Of a stretch of DNA of 64,000 nt, positions 46,401 through 61,400 are shown one piece after another. The position numbers and the translations under genes are program-made. Under the pieces are notes generated by a model. That model saw only the letters and a list, made by a program, of their open reading frames with translations, searched no databases and had not been told where the DNA came from. The number at the start of each line of letters is the position of its first letter. Position 1 is the stretch's first letter. Source of the DNA: Eledone cirrhosa (taxonomy: Eukaryota); NCBI GenBank assembly GCA_964016885.1, contig OZ024751.1, positions 3,410,001 to 3,474,000 of the forward strand, read 5' to 3'.

Positions 46401-49400
46401 GCACACCAGAGGACTACAGGATCAAGACTGACTACCAGCACACCAGAGTTTTACATGATCAAGACTGACTACCAGCACACCAGAGGTCTACAGGATCAAG
46501 GCTGACTACCAGCACACCAGAGGACTACAGGCACAAGACTGACTACCAGCACACCAGAGGTCTACAGGAGCAAGACTGACTACCAGCACACCAGAGGTTT
46601 ACAGGATCAAGACTGACTACCTGCACACCAGAGGACTACAGGATCAAGACTGACTATCAGCACACCAGAGGACTACAGGATCAAGACTGACTACCAGCAC
46701 CCCAGAGGACTACAGGTTCAAGACTGACTACCAGCACACCAGAGGACTACAGGATCAAGACTGACTACCAGCACACCAGAGGACTACAGGATCAAGACTG
46801 ACTACCAGCACACCAGAGGACTACAGGATCAAGACTGACTACCAGCACACCAGAGGACTACAGGATCAAGACTGACTACCTGCACACCAGAGGTTTACAG
46901 GATCAAGACTGACTACCAGCACACCAGAGGACTACAGGCACAAGACTGACTACCTGCACACCAGAGGACTACAGGCACAAGACTGACTACCAGCACACCA
47001 GAGGACTACAGGCACAAGGCTGACTACCAGCACACCAGAGGACTACAGGATCAAGACTGACTACCTGCACACCAGAGGACTACAGGATCAAGGCTGACTA
47101 CCAGCACACCAGAGGACTACAGGATCAAGACTTACTACCAGCACACCAGAGGACTACAGGCACAAGACTGACTACCAGAAACACAAGAGGACTACAGGAT
47201 CAAGGCTGACTACCAGCACACCAGAGGACTACAGGATCAAGGCTGACTACCAGCACACCAGAGGACTACAGGATCAAGGCTGACTACCAGCACACCAGAG
47301 GACTACAGGATCAAGACTGACTAACAGCACACCAGAGGACTACAGGATCAAGGCTGACTACTATCACACCAGAGGACTACAGGATCAAGACTGACTACCA
47401 GCACACCAGAGGACTACAGGATCAAGACTGACTACCAGCACACCAGAGGACTACAGGATCAAGACTGACTACCAGCACACCAGAGGTTTACAGGATCAAG
47501 ACTGACTACCAGCACACCAGAGGACTACAGGATCAAGACTGACTACCAGCACACCAGAGGTTTACAGGATCAAGACTGACTACCAGCACACCAGAGGACT
47601 ACAGGATCAAGACTGACTACCAGCACACCAGAGGACTACAGGATCAAGATTGACTACCAGCACACCAGAGGTTTACAGGATCAAGACTGACTACCAGCAC
47701 ACCAGAGGACTACAGGATCAAGACTGACTACAATCACACCAGAGGTTTACAGGATCAAGACTGACTACCTGCACACCAGAGGACTACAGGATCAAGACTG
47801 ACTACCAGCACACCAGAGGACTACAGCATCAAGACTGACTACCAGCACACCAGAGGACTACAGGATCAAGGCTGACTACCAGCACACCAGAGGACTACAG
47901 GATCAAGACTGACTACCAGCACACCAGAGGACTACAGGATCAAGACTGACTACCAGCACACCAGAGGTTTACAGGATCAAGACTGACTACCAGCACACCA
48001 GAGGACTACAGGATCAAGACTGACTACCAGCACACCAGAGTTTTACATGATCAAGACTGACTACCAGCACACCAGAGGTCTACAGGATCAAGGCTGACTA
48101 CCAGCACACCAGAGGACTACAGGCACAAGACTGACTACCAGCACACCAGAGGTCTACAGGAGCAAGACTGACTACCAGCACACCAGAGGTTTACAGGATC
48201 AAGACTGACTACCTGCACACCAGAGGACTACAGGATCAAGACTGACTATCAGCACACCAGAGGACTACAGGATCAAGACTGACTACCAGCACCCCAGAGG
48301 ACTACAGGTTCAAGACTGACTACCAGCACACCAGAGGACTACAGGATCAAGACTGACTACCAGCACACCAAAGGACTACAGGATCAAGACTGACTACCAG
48401 CACACCAGAGGACTACAGGATCAAGACTGACTACCAGCACACCAGAGGACTACAGGATCAAGACTGACTACCTGCACACCAGAGGTTTACAGGATCAAGA
48501 CTGACTACCAGCACACCAGAGGACTACAGGCACAAGACTGACTACCTGCACACCAGAGGACTACAGGCACAAGACTGACTACCAGCACACCAGAGGACTA
48601 CAGGCACAAGGCTGACTACCAGCACACCAGAGGACTACAGGATCAAGACTGACTACCTGCACACCAGAGGACTACAGGATCAAGGCTGACTACCAGCACA
48701 CCAGAGGACTACAGGATCAAGACTTACTACCAGCACACCAGAGGACTACAGGCACAAGACTGACTACCAGCACACCAGAGGACTACAGGCACAAGACTGA
48801 CTACCAGCACACCAGAGGACTACAGGCACAAGACTGACTACCAGCACACCAGAGGACTACAGGATCAAGGCTGACTACCAGCACACCAGAGGACTACAGG
48901 CACAAGACTGACTACCAGCACACCAGAGGTCTACAGGATCAAGACTGACTACCTGCACACCAGAGGTTTACAGGATCAAGACTGACTACCAGAACACCAG
49001 AGGACTACAGGATCAAGACTGACTACCAGCACACAAGAGGACTACAGGATCAAGACTGACTACCTGCACACCAGAGGTTTACAGGATCAAGACTGACTAC
49101 CAGCACACCAGAGGACTACAGGATCAAGGCTGACTACCAGCACACCAGAGGACTACAGGATCAAGACTGACTACCAGCACAGAAGAGGACTACAGGCACA
49201 AGACTGACTACCAGAAACACAAGAGGACTACAGGATCAAGGCTGACTACCAGCACACCAGAGGACTACAGGATCAAGGCTGACTACCAGCACACCAGAGG
49301 ACTACAGGCACAAGACTGACTACCTGCACACCAGAGGTCTACAGGATCAAGACTGACTACCAGCACACCAGAGGACTACAGGCACAAGACTGACTACCTG

Positions 49401-52400
49401 CACACCAGAGGACTACAGGATCAAGACTGACTACCAGCACACCAGAGGACTACAGGATCAAGGCTGACTACTAGCACACCAGAGGACTACAGGCACAAGA
49501 CTGACTACCAGCACACCAGAGGTTTACAGGATCAAGACTGACTACCAGCACACCAGAGGACTACAGGATCAAGGCTGACTACCAGCACACCAGAGGACTA
49601 CAGGATCAAGACTGACTACCAGCACACCAGAGGACTACAGGATCAAGACTGACTACCAGCACACCAGAGGTCTACAGGATCAAGACTGACTACTAGCACA
49701 CCAGAGGACTACAGGATCAAGACTGACTACCAGCACACCAGAGGACTACAGGATCAAGACTGACTACCAGCACACCAGAGGACTACAGGCACAAGGCTGA
49801 CTACCAGCACACCAGAGGTTTACAGGATCAAGACTGACTACCAGCACACCAGAGGACTACAGGCACAGGACTGACTACCAGCACACCAGAGGACTACAGG
49901 ATCAAGACTGACTACCAGCACACCAGAGGTTTACAGGATCAAGACTGACTACCAGCACACCAGAGGACTACAGGCACAAGACTGACTACCAGAAACACAA
50001 GAGGACTACAGGATCAAGGCTGACTACCAGCACACCAGAGGACTACAGGATCAAGGCTGACTACCAGCACACCAGAGGACTACAGGATCAAGGCTGACTA
50101 CCAGCACACCAGAGGACTACAGAATCAAGGCTGACTACCAGCACACCAGAGGACTACAGGATCAAGACTGACTAACAGCACACCAGAGGACTACAGGATC
50201 AAGGCTGACTACTATCACACCAGAGGACTACAGGATCAAGACTGACTACCAGCACACCAGAGGACTACAGGATCAAGACTGACTACCAGCACACCAGAGG
50301 TTTACAGGATCAAGACTGACTACCAGCACACCAGAGGACTACAGGATCAAGACTGACTACCAGCACACCAGAGGTTTACAGGATCAAGACTGACTACCAG
50401 CACACCAGAGGACTACAGGATCAAGACTGACTACCAGCACACCAGAGGACTACAGGATCAAGATTGACTACCAGCACACCAGAGGTTTACAGGATCAAGA
50501 CTGACTACCAGCACACCAGAGGACTACAGGATCAAGACTGACTACAATCACACCAGAGGTTTACAGGATCAAGACTGACTACCTGCACACCAGAGGACTA
50601 CAGGATCAAGACTGACTACCAGCACACCAGAGGACTACAGCATCAAGACTGACTACCAGCACACCAGAGGACTACAGGATCAAGGCTGACTACCAGCACA
50701 CCAGAGGACTACAGGATCAAGACTGACTACCAGCACACCAGAGGACTACAGGATCAAGACTGACTACCAGCACACCAGAGGTTTACAGGATCAAGACTGA
50801 CTACCAGCACACCAGAGGACTACAGGATCAAGACTGACTACCAGCACACCAGAGTTTTACATGATCAAGACTGACTACCAGCACACCAGAGGTCTACAGG
50901 ATCAAGGCTGACTACCAGCACACCAGAGGACTACAGGCACAAGACTGACTACCAGCACACCAGAGGTCTACAGGAGCAAGACTGACTACCAGCACACCAG
51001 AGGTTTACAGGATCAAGACTGACTACCTGCACACCAGAGGACTACAGGATCAAGACTGACTATCAGCACACCAGAGGACTACAGGATCAAGACTGACTAC
51101 CAGCACCCCAGAGGACTACAGGTTCAAGACTGACTACCAGCACACCAGAGGACTACAGGATCAAGACTGACTACCAGCACACCAGAGGACTACAGGATCA
51201 AGACTGACTACCAGCACACCAGAGGACTACAGGATCAAGACTGACTACCAGCACACCAGAGGACTACAGGATCAAGACTGACTACCTGCACACCAGAGGT
51301 TTACAGGATCAAGACTGACTACCAGCACACCAGAGGACTACAGGCACAAGACTGACTACCTGCACACCAGAGGACTACAGGCACAAGACTGACTACCAGC
51401 ACACCAGAGGACTACAGGCACAAGGCTGACTACCAGCACACCAGAGGACTACAGGATCAAGACTGACTACCTGCACACCAGAGGACTACAGGATCAAGGC
51501 TGACTACCAGCACACCAGAGGACTACAGGATCAAGACTTACTACCAGCACACCAGAGGACTACAGACACAAGACTGACTACCAGCACACCAGAGGTCTAC
51601 AGGCACAAGACTGACTACCAGCACACCAGAGGACTACAGGCACAAGACTGACTACCAGCACACCAGAGGACTACAGGATCAAGGCTGACTACCAGCACAC
51701 CAGAGGACTACAGGCACAAGACTGACTACCAGCACACCAAAGGTCTACAGGATCAAGACTGACTACCTGCACACCAGAGGTTTACAGGATCAAGACTGAC
51801 TACCAGAACACCAGAGGACTACAGGATCAAGACTGACTACCAGCACACAAGAGGACTACAGGATCAAGACTGACTACCTGCACACCAGAGGTTTACAGGA
51901 TCAAGACTGACTACCAGCACACCAGAGGACTACAGGATCAAGGCTGACTACCAGCACACCAGAGGACTACAGGATCAAGACTGACTACCAGCACAGAAGA
52001 GGACTACAGGCACAAGACTGACTACCAGAAACACAAGAGGATTACAGGATCAAGGCTGACTACCAGCACACCAGAGGACTACAGGATCAAGGCTGACTAC
52101 CAGCACACCAGAGGACTACAGCATCAAGACTGACTACCAGCACTCCAGAGGACTACAGGATCAAGGCTGACTACCAGCACGCCAGAGGACTACAGGATCA
52201 AGACTGACTACCAGCACAGCAGAGGACTACAGGATCAAGACTGACTACCAGCACACCAGAGGTTTACAGGATCAAGACTGACTACCAGCACACCAGAGGA
52301 CTACAGGATCAAGACTGACTACTTGCACACCAGAGGACTACAGGATCAAGGCTGACTACCAGCACACCAGAGGACTACAGGATCAAGGCTGACTACCAGC

Positions 52401-55400
52401 ACACCAGAGGACTACAGGATCAAGGCTGACTACCAGCACACCAGAGGACTACAGGATCAAGACTGACTACCAGCACACCAGAGGACTACAGGATCAAGAC
52501 TGACTACCAGCACACCAGAGGACTACAGGCACAAGACTGACTACCTGCACACCAGAGGTCTACAGGATCAAGACTGACTACCAGCACACCAGAGGACTAC
52601 AGGCACAAGACTGACTACCTGCACACCAGAGGACTACAGGATCAAGACTGACTACCAGCACACCAGAGGACTACAGGATCAAGACTGACTACCAGCACAC
52701 CAGAGGTTTACAGGATCAAGACTGACTACCAGCACACTAGAGGACTACAGGATCAAGGCTGACTATCAGCACACCAGAGGACTACAGGATCAAGGCTGAC
52801 TACCAGCACACCAGAGGACTACAGGATCAAGACTGACTACCAGCACACCAGAGGACTACAGGATCAAGACTGACTACCAGCACACCAGAGGACTACAGGC
52901 ACAAGACTGACTACATGCACACCAGAGGTCTACAGGATCAAGACTGACTACCAGCACACCAGAGGACTACAGGCACAAGACTGACTACCTGCACACCAGA
53001 GGACTACAGGATCAAGACTGACTACCAGCACACCAGAGGACTACAGGATCAAGACTGACTACCAGCACACCAGCGGTTTACAGGATCAAGACTGACTACC
53101 AGCACACCAGAGGACTACAGGATCAAGACTGACTACCATCACACCAGAGGACTACAGGATCAAGGCTGACTACCAGCACACCAGAGGACTACAGGCTCAA
53201 GTCTGACTACCAGCACACCAGAGGACTACAGGATCAAGGCTGACTACCAGCACACCAGAGGACTACAGGATCAAGGCTGACTGCCAGCACACCAGAGGAC
53301 TACAGGATCAAGGCTGACTACCAGCACACCAGAGGACTACAGAATCAAGGCTGACTACCAGCACACCAGAGGACTACAGGATCAAGACTGACTACCAGCA
53401 CACCAGAGGACTACAGGATCAAGGCTGACTACCAGCACACCAGAGGACTACAGGATCAAGACTGACTACCAGCACACCAGGGGACTACAGGATCAAGACT
53501 GACTACCAGCACACCAGAGGTTTACAGGATCAAGACTGACTACCAGCACACCAGAGGACTACAGGATCAAGACTGACTACCAGCACACCAGAGGTTTACA
53601 GGATCAAGACTGACTACCAGCACACCAGAGGACTACAGGATCAAGACTGACTACCAGCACACCAGAGGACTACAGGATCAAGATTGACTACCAGCACACC
53701 AGAGGTTTACAGGATCAAGACTGACTACCAGCACACCAGAGGACTACAGGATCAAGACTGACTACCAGCACACCAGAGGTTTACAGGATCAAGACTGACT
53801 ACCTGCACACCAGAGGACTACAGGATCAAGACTGACTACTTGCACACCAGAGGACTACAGGATCAAGGCTGACTACCAGCACACCAGAGGACTACAGGAT
53901 CAAGGCTGACTACCAGCACACCAGAGGACTACAGGATCAAGGCTGACTACCAGCACACCAGAGGACTACAGGATCAAGACTGACTACCAGCACACCAGAG
54001 GACTACAGGATCAAGACTGACTACCAGCACACCAGAGGACTACAGGCACAAGACTGACTACCTGCACACCAGAGGTCTACAGGATCAAGACTGACTACCA
54101 GCACACCAGAGGACTACAGGCACAAGACTGACTACCTGCACACCAGAGGACTACAGGATCAAGACTGACTACCAGCACACCAGAGGACTACAGGATCAAG
54201 GCTGACTACTAGCACACCAGAGGACTACAGGCACAAGACTGACTACCAGCACACCAGAGGTTTACAGGATCAAGACTGACTACCAGCACACCAGAGGACT
54301 ACAGGATCAAGGCTGACTACCAGCACACCAGAGGACTACAGGATCAAGACTGACTACCAGCACACCAGATGACTACAGGATCAAGACTGACTACCAGCAC
54401 ACCAGAGGTCTACAGGATCAAGACTGACTACTAGCACACCAGAGGACTACAGGATCAAGACTGACTACCAGCACACCAGAGGACTACAGGATCAAGACTG
54501 ACTACCAGCACACCAGAGGACTACAGGCACAAGGCTGACTACCAGCACACCAGAGGTTTACAGGATCAAGACTGACTACCAGCACACCAGAGGACTACAG
54601 GCACAAGACTGACTACCAGCACACCAGAGGACTACAGGATCAAGACTGACTACCAGCACACCAGAGGTTTACAGGATCAAGACTGACTACCAGCACACCA
54701 GAGGACTACAGGCACAAGACTGACTACCAGAAACACAAGAGGACTACAGGATCAAGGCTGACTACCAGCACACCAGAGGACTACAGGATCAAGGCTGACT
54801 ACCAGCACACCAGAGGACTACAGGATCAAGGCTGACTACCAGCACACCAGAGGACTACAGAATCAAGGCTGACTACCAGCACACCAGAGGACTACAGGAT
54901 CAAGACTGACTACCAGCACACCAGAGGACTACAGGATCAAGGCTGACTACTATCACACCAGAGGACTACAGGATCAAGACTGACTACCAGCACACCAGAG
55001 GACTACAGGATCAAGACTGACTACCAGCACACCAGAGGTTTACAGGATCAAGACTGACTACCAGCACACCAGAGGACTACAGGATCAAGACTGACTACCA
55101 GCACACCAGAGGTTTACAGGATCAAGACTGACTACCAGCACACCAGAGGACTACAGGATCAAGACTGACTACCAGCACACCAGAGGACTACAGGATCAAG
55201 ATTGACTACCAGCACACCAGAGGTTTACAGGATCAAGACTGACTACCAGCACACCAGAGGACTACAGGATCAAGACTGACTACCATCACACCAGAGGTTT
55301 ACAGGATCAAGACTGACTACCTGCACACCAGAGGACTACAGGATCAAGACTGACTACCAGCACACCAGAGGACTACAGCATCAAGACTGACTACCAGCAC

Positions 55401-58400
55401 ACCAGAGGACTACAGGATCAAGGCTGACTACCAGCACACCAGAGGACTACAGGATCAAGACTGACTACCAGCACACCAGAGGACTACAGGATCAAGACTG
55501 ACTACCAGCACACCAGAGGTTTACAGGATCAAGACTGACTACCAGCACACCAGAGGACTACAGGATCAAGACTGACTACCAGCACACCAGAGTTTTACAT
55601 GATCAAGACTGACTACCAGCACACCAGAGGTCTACAGGATCAAGGCTGACTACCAGCACACCAGAGGACTACAGGCACAAGACTGACTACCAGCACACCA
55701 GAGGTCTACAGGAGCAAGACTGACTACCAGCACACCAGAGGTTTACAGGATCAAGACTGACTACCTGCACACCAGAGGACTACAGGATCAAGACTGACTA
55801 TCAGCACACCAGAGGACTACAGGATCAAGACTGACTACCAGCACACAAGAGGACTACAGGATCAAGACTGACTACCAGCACACCAGAGGACTACAGGATC
55901 AAGACTGACTACCAGCACACCAGAGGACTACAGGATCAAGACTGACTACCAGGACACCAGAGGACTACAGGATCAAGACTGACTACCAGCACACCAGAGG
56001 ACTACAGGATCAAGACTGACTACCTGCACACCAGAGGTTTACAGGATCAAGACTGACTACCAGCACACCAGAGGACTACAGGCACAAGACTGACTACCTG
56101 CACACCAGAGGACTACAGGCACAAGACTGACTACCAGCACACCAGAGGACTACAGGCACAAGGCTGACTACCAGCACACCAGAGGACTACAGGATCAAGA
56201 CTGACTACCTGCACACCAGAGGACTACAGGATCAAGGCTGACTACCAGCACACCAGAGGACTACAGGATCAAGACTTACTACCAGCACACCAGAGGACTA
56301 CAGGCACAAGACTGACTACCAGCACACCAGAGGACTACAGGCACAAGACTGACTACCAGCACACCAGAGGACTACAGGCACAAGACTGACTACCAGCACA
56401 CCAGAGGACTACAGGATCAAGGCTGACTACCAGCACACCAGAGGACTACAGGCACAAGACTGACTACCAGCACACCAGAAGTCTACAGGATCAAGACTGA
56501 CTACCTGCACACCAGAGGTTTACAGGATCAAGACTGACTACCAGAACACCAGAGGACTACAGGATCAAGACTGACTACCAGCACACAAGAGGACTACAGG
56601 ATCAAGACTGACTACCTGCACACCAGAGGTTTACAGGATCAAGACTGACTACCAGCACACCAGAGGACTACAGGATCAAGGCTGACTACCAGCACACCAG
56701 AGGACTACAGGATCAAGACTGACTACCAGCACAGAAGAGGACTACAGGCACAAGACTGACTAACAGAAACACAAGAGGACTACAGGATCAAGGCTGACTA
56801 CCACGACACCAGAGGACTACAGGATCAAGGCTGACTACCAGCACACCAGAGGACTACAGGATCAAGGCTGACTACCAGCACACCAGAGGACTACAGGATC
56901 AAGACTGACTACCAGCACACCAAAGGACTACAGGATCAAGACTGACTATCAACACACCAGAGGACTACAGGATCAAGACTGACTACCAGCACACCAAAGG
57001 ACTACAGGATCAAGACTGACTGCCAGCACACAAGAGGACTACAGTCACAAGACTGACTACTAGCAGACCAGAGGACTACAAGATTAAGACTGACTACCAG
57101 TACACCAGAGGACTACAGGATCAAGGCTGACTACCAGCACACCAGAGGACTACATGATCAAGGCTGACTACCAGCACACCAGAGGACTACAGGCACAAGA
57201 CTGGCTACCAGCACACCAGAGGTTTACAGAATCAAGACTGACTACCAGCACTCCAGAGGACTACAGGATCAAGACTGACTACCAGCACACCAGAGGACTA
57301 CAGGCACAAGACTGACTACCAGCACACAAGAGGACTACAGGATCAAGGCTGACTACCAGCACACCAGAGGACTACAGGATCAAGACTGACTATCAACACA
57401 CAAGAGCTCTACAGGATCAAGACTGACTACCAGCACAGCAGAGCACTACAGGATCAAGGCTGACTACCAGCACACCAGTGGACTACAGGCACAAGACTGA
57501 CCACCAGCACACCAAAGGACTACAGGATCAAGACTGACTACCAGCACACAAGAGGTCTACAGGATCAAGACTGACTACCAGCACCACAGAGCACCACAGG
57601 ATCAAGGCTGACTACCAGCACACCAGAGGACTACAGGATCAAGACTGACTACCAGCACTCCAGAGGACTACAGCATCAAGACTGACTACCAGCACTCCAG
57701 AGGACTACAGGATCAAGGCTGACTACCAGCACACCAGAGGACTACAGGATCAAGACTGACTACCAGCACAGCAGAGGACTACAGGATCAAGGCTGACTAC
57801 CAGCACACCAGAGGTCTACAGACACAAGACTGACTACCAGCACACCAGAAGTTTACTGGATCAAGACTGACTACCAGCACACCAGAGGACTACAGGATCA
57901 AGGCTGAATACCAGCACACCAGAGGACTACAATATCAAGACTGACTACCAGCACACCAGAGGACTACAGGATCAAGACTGACTACCAGCACACCAGAGGA
58001 CCACAGGATCAAGACTGACTACCAGCACACCAGAGGACTACAGGCACAAGTCTGACTACCTGCGCAGCAGAGGACTACAGGATCAAGACTGACTACCAGC
58101 ACACCAGAGGTTTACAGGATCAAGACTGACTACCAGCACACCAGAGGACTACAGGATCAAGACTGACTACTTGCACACCAGAGGACTACAGGATCAAGGC
58201 TGACTACCAGCACACCAGAGGTCTACAGGATCAAGACTGACTACTAGCACACCAGAGGACTACAGGATCAAGACTGACTACCAGCACACCAGAGGACTAC
58301 AGGATCAAGACTGACTACCAGCACACCAGAGGACTACAGGCACAAGGCTGACTACCAGCACACCAGAGGTTTACAGGATCAAGACTGACTACCAGCACAC

Positions 58401-61400
58401 CAGAGGACTACAGGCACAAGACTGACTACCAGCACACCAGAGGACTACAGGATCAAGGCTGACTACCAGCACACCAGAGCTCTACAGGCACAAGACTGAC
58501 TACCAGCACACCAGAAGTTTACTGGATCAAGACTGACTACCAGCACACCAGAGGACTACAGGATCAAGGCTGAATACCAGCACACCAGAGGACTACAATA
58601 TCAAGACTGACTACCAGCACACCAGAGGACTACAGGATCAAGACTGACTACCAGCACACCAGAGGACTACAGGCACAAGACTGACTACCAGCACACAAGA
58701 GGACTACAGGATCAAGGCTGACTACCAGCACACCAGAGGACTACAGGATCAAGACTGACTATCAACACACAAGAGCTCTACAGGATCAAGACTGACTACC
58801 AGCACAGCAGAGCACTACAGGATCAAGGCTGACTACCAGCACACCAGTGGACTACAGGCACAAGACTGACCACCAGCACACCAAAGGACTACAGGATCAA
58901 GACTGACTACCAGCACACCAGAGGACCACAGGATCAAGGCTGACTACCAGCACACCAGAGGACTACAGGATCAAGACTGACTACCAGCAAGGCAGAGGAC
59001 TACAGGATCAAGGCTGACTACCAGCACACCAGAGGTCTACAGGCACAAGACTGACTACCAGCACACCAGAAGTTTACTGGATCAAGACTGACTACCAGCA
59101 CACCAGAGGACTACAGGATCCACGCTGAATACCAGCACACCAGAGGACTACAGGATCAAGACTGACTACCAGCACACCAGAGGACTACAGGATCAAGACT
59201 GACTACCAGCACACCAGAGGACTACAGGATCAAGACTGACTACCAGCACACCAGAGGACTACAGGCACAAGACTGACTACCTGCGCAGCAGAGGACTACA
59301 GGATCAACACTGACTACCAGCACACCAGAGGTTTACAGGATCAAGACTGACTACCAGCACACCAGAGGACTACAGGATCAAGACTGACTACTTGCACACC
59401 AGAGGACTACAGGATCAAGGCTGACTACCAGCACACCAGAGGACTACAGGATCAAGGCTGACTACCAGCACACCAGAGGACTACAGGATCAAGACTGACT
59501 ACCAGCACACCAGAGGACTACAGGCACAAGACTGACTACCAGCACACCAGAAGTCTACAGGATCAAGACTGACTACCTGCACACCAGAGGTTTACAGGAT
59601 CAAGACTGACTACCAGCACACCAGAGGACTACAGGATCAAGACTGACTACCAGCACACAAGAGGACTACAGGATCAAGACTGACTACCTGCACACCAGAG
59701 GTTTACAGGATCAAGACTGACTACCAGCACACCAGAGGACTACAGGATCAAGGCTGACTACCAGCACACCAGAGTTTTACAGGATCAAGACTGACTACCA
59801 GCACACAAGAGGACTACAGGATCAAGGCTGACTACCAGCACACCAGAGGACTACAGGATCAAGACTGACTACCAGCACACAAGAGGACTACAGGCACAAA
59901 ACTGACTACCAGACACACAAGAGGACTACAGGATCAAGGCTGACTACCAGCACATCAGAGGACTACAGGATCAAGGCTGACTACCAGCACACCAGAGGAC
60001 TACAGAATCAAGGCTGACTACCAGCACACCAGAGGACTACAGGATCAAGACTGACTACCAGCACACCAGAGGACTACAGGATCAAGGCTGACTACTATCA
60101 CACAAGAGGACTACAGGATCAAGTCTGACTACCAGCACACCAGAGGACTACAGGATCAAGACTGACTACCAGCACACCAGAGGTTTACAGGATCAAGACT
60201 GACTACCAGCACACCAGAGGACTACAGGATCAAGACTGACTACCAGCACACCAGAGTTTTACAGGATCAAGACTGACTACCAGCACACCAGAGGACTACA
60301 GGCACAAGACTGACTACCAGCACACCAGAGGTCTACAGGATCAAGGCTGACTACCAGCACACCAGAGGACTACAGGCACAAGACTGACTACCAGCACACC
60401 AGAGGTCTACAGGAGCAAGACTGACTACCAGCACACCAGAGGTTTACAGGATCAAGACTGACTACCTGCACGCCAGAGGACTACAGGATCAAGACTGACT
60501 ATCAGCTACCAGAGGACTACAGGATCAAGACTGACTACCAGCACCCCAGAGGACTACAGGTTCAAGACTGACTACCAGCACACCAGAGGACTACAGGATC
60601 AAGACTGACTACCAGCACACCAGAGGACTACAGGATCAAGACTGACTACCAGCACACCAGAGGACTACAGGATCAAGACTGACTACCAGCACACCAGAGG
60701 ACTACAGGATCAAGACTGACTACCAGCACAGCAGAGCACTACAGGATCAAGGCTGACTACCAGCACACCAGAGGACTACAGGCACAAGACTGACCACCAG
60801 CATACCAAAGGACTACAGGATCAAGACTGACTACCAGCACACAAGAGGTTTACAGGATCAAGACTGACTACCAGCACCACAGAGCACTACAGGATCAAGA
60901 CTGACTACCAGCACACCAGAGGACTACAGGATCAAGACTGACTACCAGCACTCCAGAGGACTACAGGATCAAGACTGACTACCAGCACTCCAGAGGACTA
61001 CAGGATCAAGGCTGACTACCAGCACACCAGAGGACCACAGGATCAAGGCTGACTACCAGCACACCAGAGGACTACAGGATCAAGACTGACTACCAGCACA
61101 GCAGAGGACTACAGGATCAAGGCTGACTACCAGCACACCAGAGGTCTACAGGCACAAGACTGACTACCAGCACACCAGAAGTTTACTGGATCAAGACTGA
61201 CTACCAGCACACCAGAGGACTACAGGATCAAGGCTGAATACCAGCACACCAGAGGACTACAAGATCAAGACTGACTACCAGCACACCAGAGGACTACAGG
61301 ATCAAGACTGACTACCAGCACACCAGAGGACTACAGGATCAAGACTGACTACCAGCACACCAGAGGACTACAGGCACAAGTCTGACTACCTGCGCAGCAG

